Part shown: positions 6,908-8,682 of the stretch, in pieces
Layout: every line of letters begins with the position of its first letter
How positions within the stretch are numbered: position 1 is the stretch's first letter
Assembly (NCBI GenBank): GCA_020697515.1
Contig: JAIXNB010000021.1
Location: 1-8,682, forward strand
Length of the DNA stretch: 8,682 nucleotides
Origin: Nanobdellota archaeon
GTDB lineage: Archaea; Nanobdellota; Nanobdellia; Nanobdellales; Nanobdellaceae
Direction: 5' to 3'
Notes under the pieces: model-generated
What the model was told of the DNA's origin: nothing
The model's input: the letters and a program-made list of their open reading frames with translations, nothing else
Databases searched by the model: none
Translations under genes and position numbers: made by a program

Positions 6908-7010
6908 GAACTTTAAAGATCCTACATATTAAATCCTTATCACTTAAACATTTAACCGTCTATCCGTAGATTTCTATTATATATACTAAAACTTGGCTTT
7001 TAATAGTTAA

Positions 7011-7021
7011 CATTTTAATAC
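7011..7021 (+). promoter_or_regulatory. TATA-like box (CATTTTAATAC) for herA
   Basis: Centred about 26 nt upstream of ATG 7042, with no SD. No T run follows nurA, so co-transcription with nurA is also possible. Confidence 0.35.
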
Positions 7022-7041
7022 TGGACTTATTAATAATAAAG

Positions 7042-8661
7042 ATGAAAGGAATAGAAGTTGGGTATATAATAAAGGAGGCTTCTCCAGAGCATTTCTACTT
7101 TGTTATAGATCCTTCTAAACGAAATCTTGTTAGTATAGGAGGTATATTAAAGATTTACATAGATGAAATCCCATATTTTGCTTTAATAGAGGATATATCA
7201 TCGGTAGCAATGGAAGAAGAGAGGCTCTTTGAGTATAAAGCTATAGAATATCTATATGGTAAATTAAAAAAACCCCAGTATATGATATGCGGAAAAGCTA
7301 TATTTATTGGATGTATTAGAAATGGAGTAGTTTTATCAGAAAAACCTCAGATTCCCCCTTTACCTGGTGATAGAATATACATACCTTCCGAGGATGAAAT
7401 GGAAAAGTTGTATTCGTTTGAAGACAAAAGACTTGTAGTTCCTATAGGGAAAATAAATTTACTGAAAAAAGAATATGATATTTATCTAAAAATTAAAGAG
7501 TTAGTGATAAGACATACAGGGATATTTGGAATTACCGGTTCGGGGAAATCTACCACAGTAGCACATCTTGTTAAAGAATTAACAAATAAAAACATTCCAG
7601 TTGTGATATTTGATATCCATAGAGATTATATAGCCTCATTTGACAATGTAATAATAATTACATTCGATGAAAAGGAAAAGAAATTCTTGGAATCTGTTCT
7701 GAGCGAAAGAGGATTAAAAGGTAAAGTTGTCGTTGGGAAATTTAAGCCAAGAATCCTTAAGGATTATGTAGAGGAGATTTTAGGGGTGTCTGGAAAACAA
7801 GCTGTCCATGTCTTTAAATTATTATCTAAATTGTTATCTCTTGAGCCGGAAACTATTAGAGAGCTTTTAGATTGGTTAGATGAGAAAACTTCGAATTCTA
7901 AAGTTAATAACATTCTTAGAAATACAAAAGAAACTACAATAGAATCCTTAAAGGCAAGATTGTATAGAGTTTCTGACTGGAGGTTATTTAGAAGGAACGT
8001 GGAAGATTCTGGTGAAGATTTACTATATCTCATGGATAAGATAATGGATGATCTTAGGGTGGGTACTACAAAGATGGAAGAAGACTTCAGCTTCGATGGA
8101 GAAGAAGTTATAATGAAAACTGTGGAATCTAAAGTTAATGTAGTTATAATAGATATGTACCCTCTTTCAATAGAAGAACAGAGAATGTTATTGGATATTC
8201 TGTTAGAGTCTGTATATACAAAATACAAAAGATGGAAATTTGAAGGTAATGCAGATGTTTTAGGTATTGTTATAGAAGAAGCTCACAGATTTGCTTCTAA
8301 GGATGTTAAAACATCTACAAAAATATCTCTTATAGCGAGAGAAGGAAGAAAATTTGGTTTAGGATTAATACTAGTATCACAGATTCCCTCTAAGATACAG
8401 GAAGATATAATCTCCCAGATTAATACTTTCTTACTATTGAAAATAATAAATCCACGCGATCTGGAATTTATAAGGAAGACTTGTCCATATTTGTCCAGAG
8501 AATATTTTGAAGCTTTGACTAAGTTAGAAACTGGAAAATGTTTAATAGTTGGATTAGCTGCAAAGAATCCTGCAATAGTTAAGATAATCAAAGATGTTGA
8601 AGTTGGAGGAGCTGAAGAGGATATAGAAAAAAGAATAATAGAGAGAATCTCACAACCGTGA
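7042..8661 (+). CDS. herA: HerA-family hexameric DNA translocase/helicase ATPase (FtsK-HerA superfamily)
   Basis: The N-terminus looks like a HAS barrel (GYIIKEASPEHFYFVIDP...GGILKIYI). Walker A GITGSGKST is at 7528-7554. Walker B and sensor LGIVIEEAHRFA start at 8260. AREGRKFGLGLILVSQIPS and the C-terminal TGKCLIVG are typical HerA motifs. Confidence 0.85.
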   Translation: MKGIEVGYIIKEASPEHFYFVIDPSKRNLVSIGGILKIYIDEIPYFALIEDISSVAMEEERLFEYKAIEYLYGKLKKPQYMICGKAIFIGCIRNGVVLSEKPQIPPLPGDRIYIPSEDEMEKLYSFEDKRLVVPIGKINLLKKEYDIYLKIKELVIRHTGIFGITGSGKSTTVAHLVKELTNKNIPVVIFDIHRDYIASFDNVIIITFDEKEKKFLESVLSERGLKGKVVVGKFKPRILKDYVEEILGVSGKQAVHVFKLLSKLLSLEPETIRELLDWLDEKTSNSKVNNILRNTKETTIESLKARLYRVSDWRLFRRNVEDSGEDLLYLMDKIMDDLRVGTTKMEEDFSFDGEEVIMKTVESKVNVVIIDMYPLSIEEQRMLLDILLESVYTKYKRWKFEGNADVLGIVIEEAHRFASKDVKTSTKISLIAREGRKFGLGLILVSQIPSKIQEDIISQINTFLLLKIINPRDLEFIRKTCPYLSREYFEALTKLETGKCLIVGLAAKNPAIVKIIKDVEVGGAEEDIEKRIIERISQP

Positions 8662-8663
8662 AG

Positions 8664-8682
8664 CCTCGCCCTTTAGGGCGGG
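8664..8682 (+). other. GC-rich TTTA-loop hairpin beginning 3 nt after the herA stop, truncated by the window end
   Basis: ccucgccc-uuua-gggcggg gives at least 7 bp (8665-8671 paired with 8676-8682, one G-U). It shares CGCCCTTTAGG with the 5' part of the 4036 RNA candidate. Confidence 0.4.

Noticed and set aside
7764-8591. Minus-strand ORFs 7764-8228 and 8283-8591
   Set aside because: They are antisense shadows of herA, whose frame carries unmistakable Walker A/B and HerA motifs.
1-8682. CRISPR array, IS element, transposase or integrase
   Set aside because: There are no regularly spaced direct repeats. There are no terminal inverted repeats bounding an ORF. No ORF carries DDE, tyrosine-recombinase or serine-recombinase motifs.

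Overview
This is an AT-rich archaeal chromosome segment (roughly 30% GC by eye), probably from a thermophile of the crenarchaeal/TACK or Nanoarchaeota-like type. That placement is an inference from four things: mRNAs that look leaderless (TATA-like boxes centred 24-28 nt upstream of the ATGs, no Shine-Dalgarno), GC-rich islands confined to RNA-like elements, C/D box sRNAs with 12-nt guides, and an archaeal-type TyrRS. In order, the window holds: (1) a DUF2341/LamG surface-protein gene inactivated by two in-frame stops; (2) a TtuA/Ncs6-type tRNA thiolase; (3) two abutting C/D box sRNA units on the minus strand; (4) an enlarged tyrosyl-tRNA synthetase; (5) a doubtful 67-aa ORF; (6) a ~105-nt GC-rich structured RNA candidate of unknown class; (7) an orphan Cys-rich membrane-anchored protein flanked by ~500 and ~420 bp of ORF-free DNA; (8) a pair of inverted ~30-nt CT-rich/TTTA/GA-rich hairpin modules; (9) an adjacent nurA-herA pair with no mre11/rad50 in view; (10) a GC-rich TTTA-loop hairpin cut by the window end. 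The most unusual signals are non-coding. The octamer CCTTTAGG and its complement recur five times exactly plus two near-copies, always outside or at the very end of CDSs. That motif links the unknown RNA, the inverted modules upstream of nurA and the element after herA. No CRISPR array, transposase, integrase, rRNA or convincing tRNA was found. All calls rest on reading the sequence; no database search was possible.
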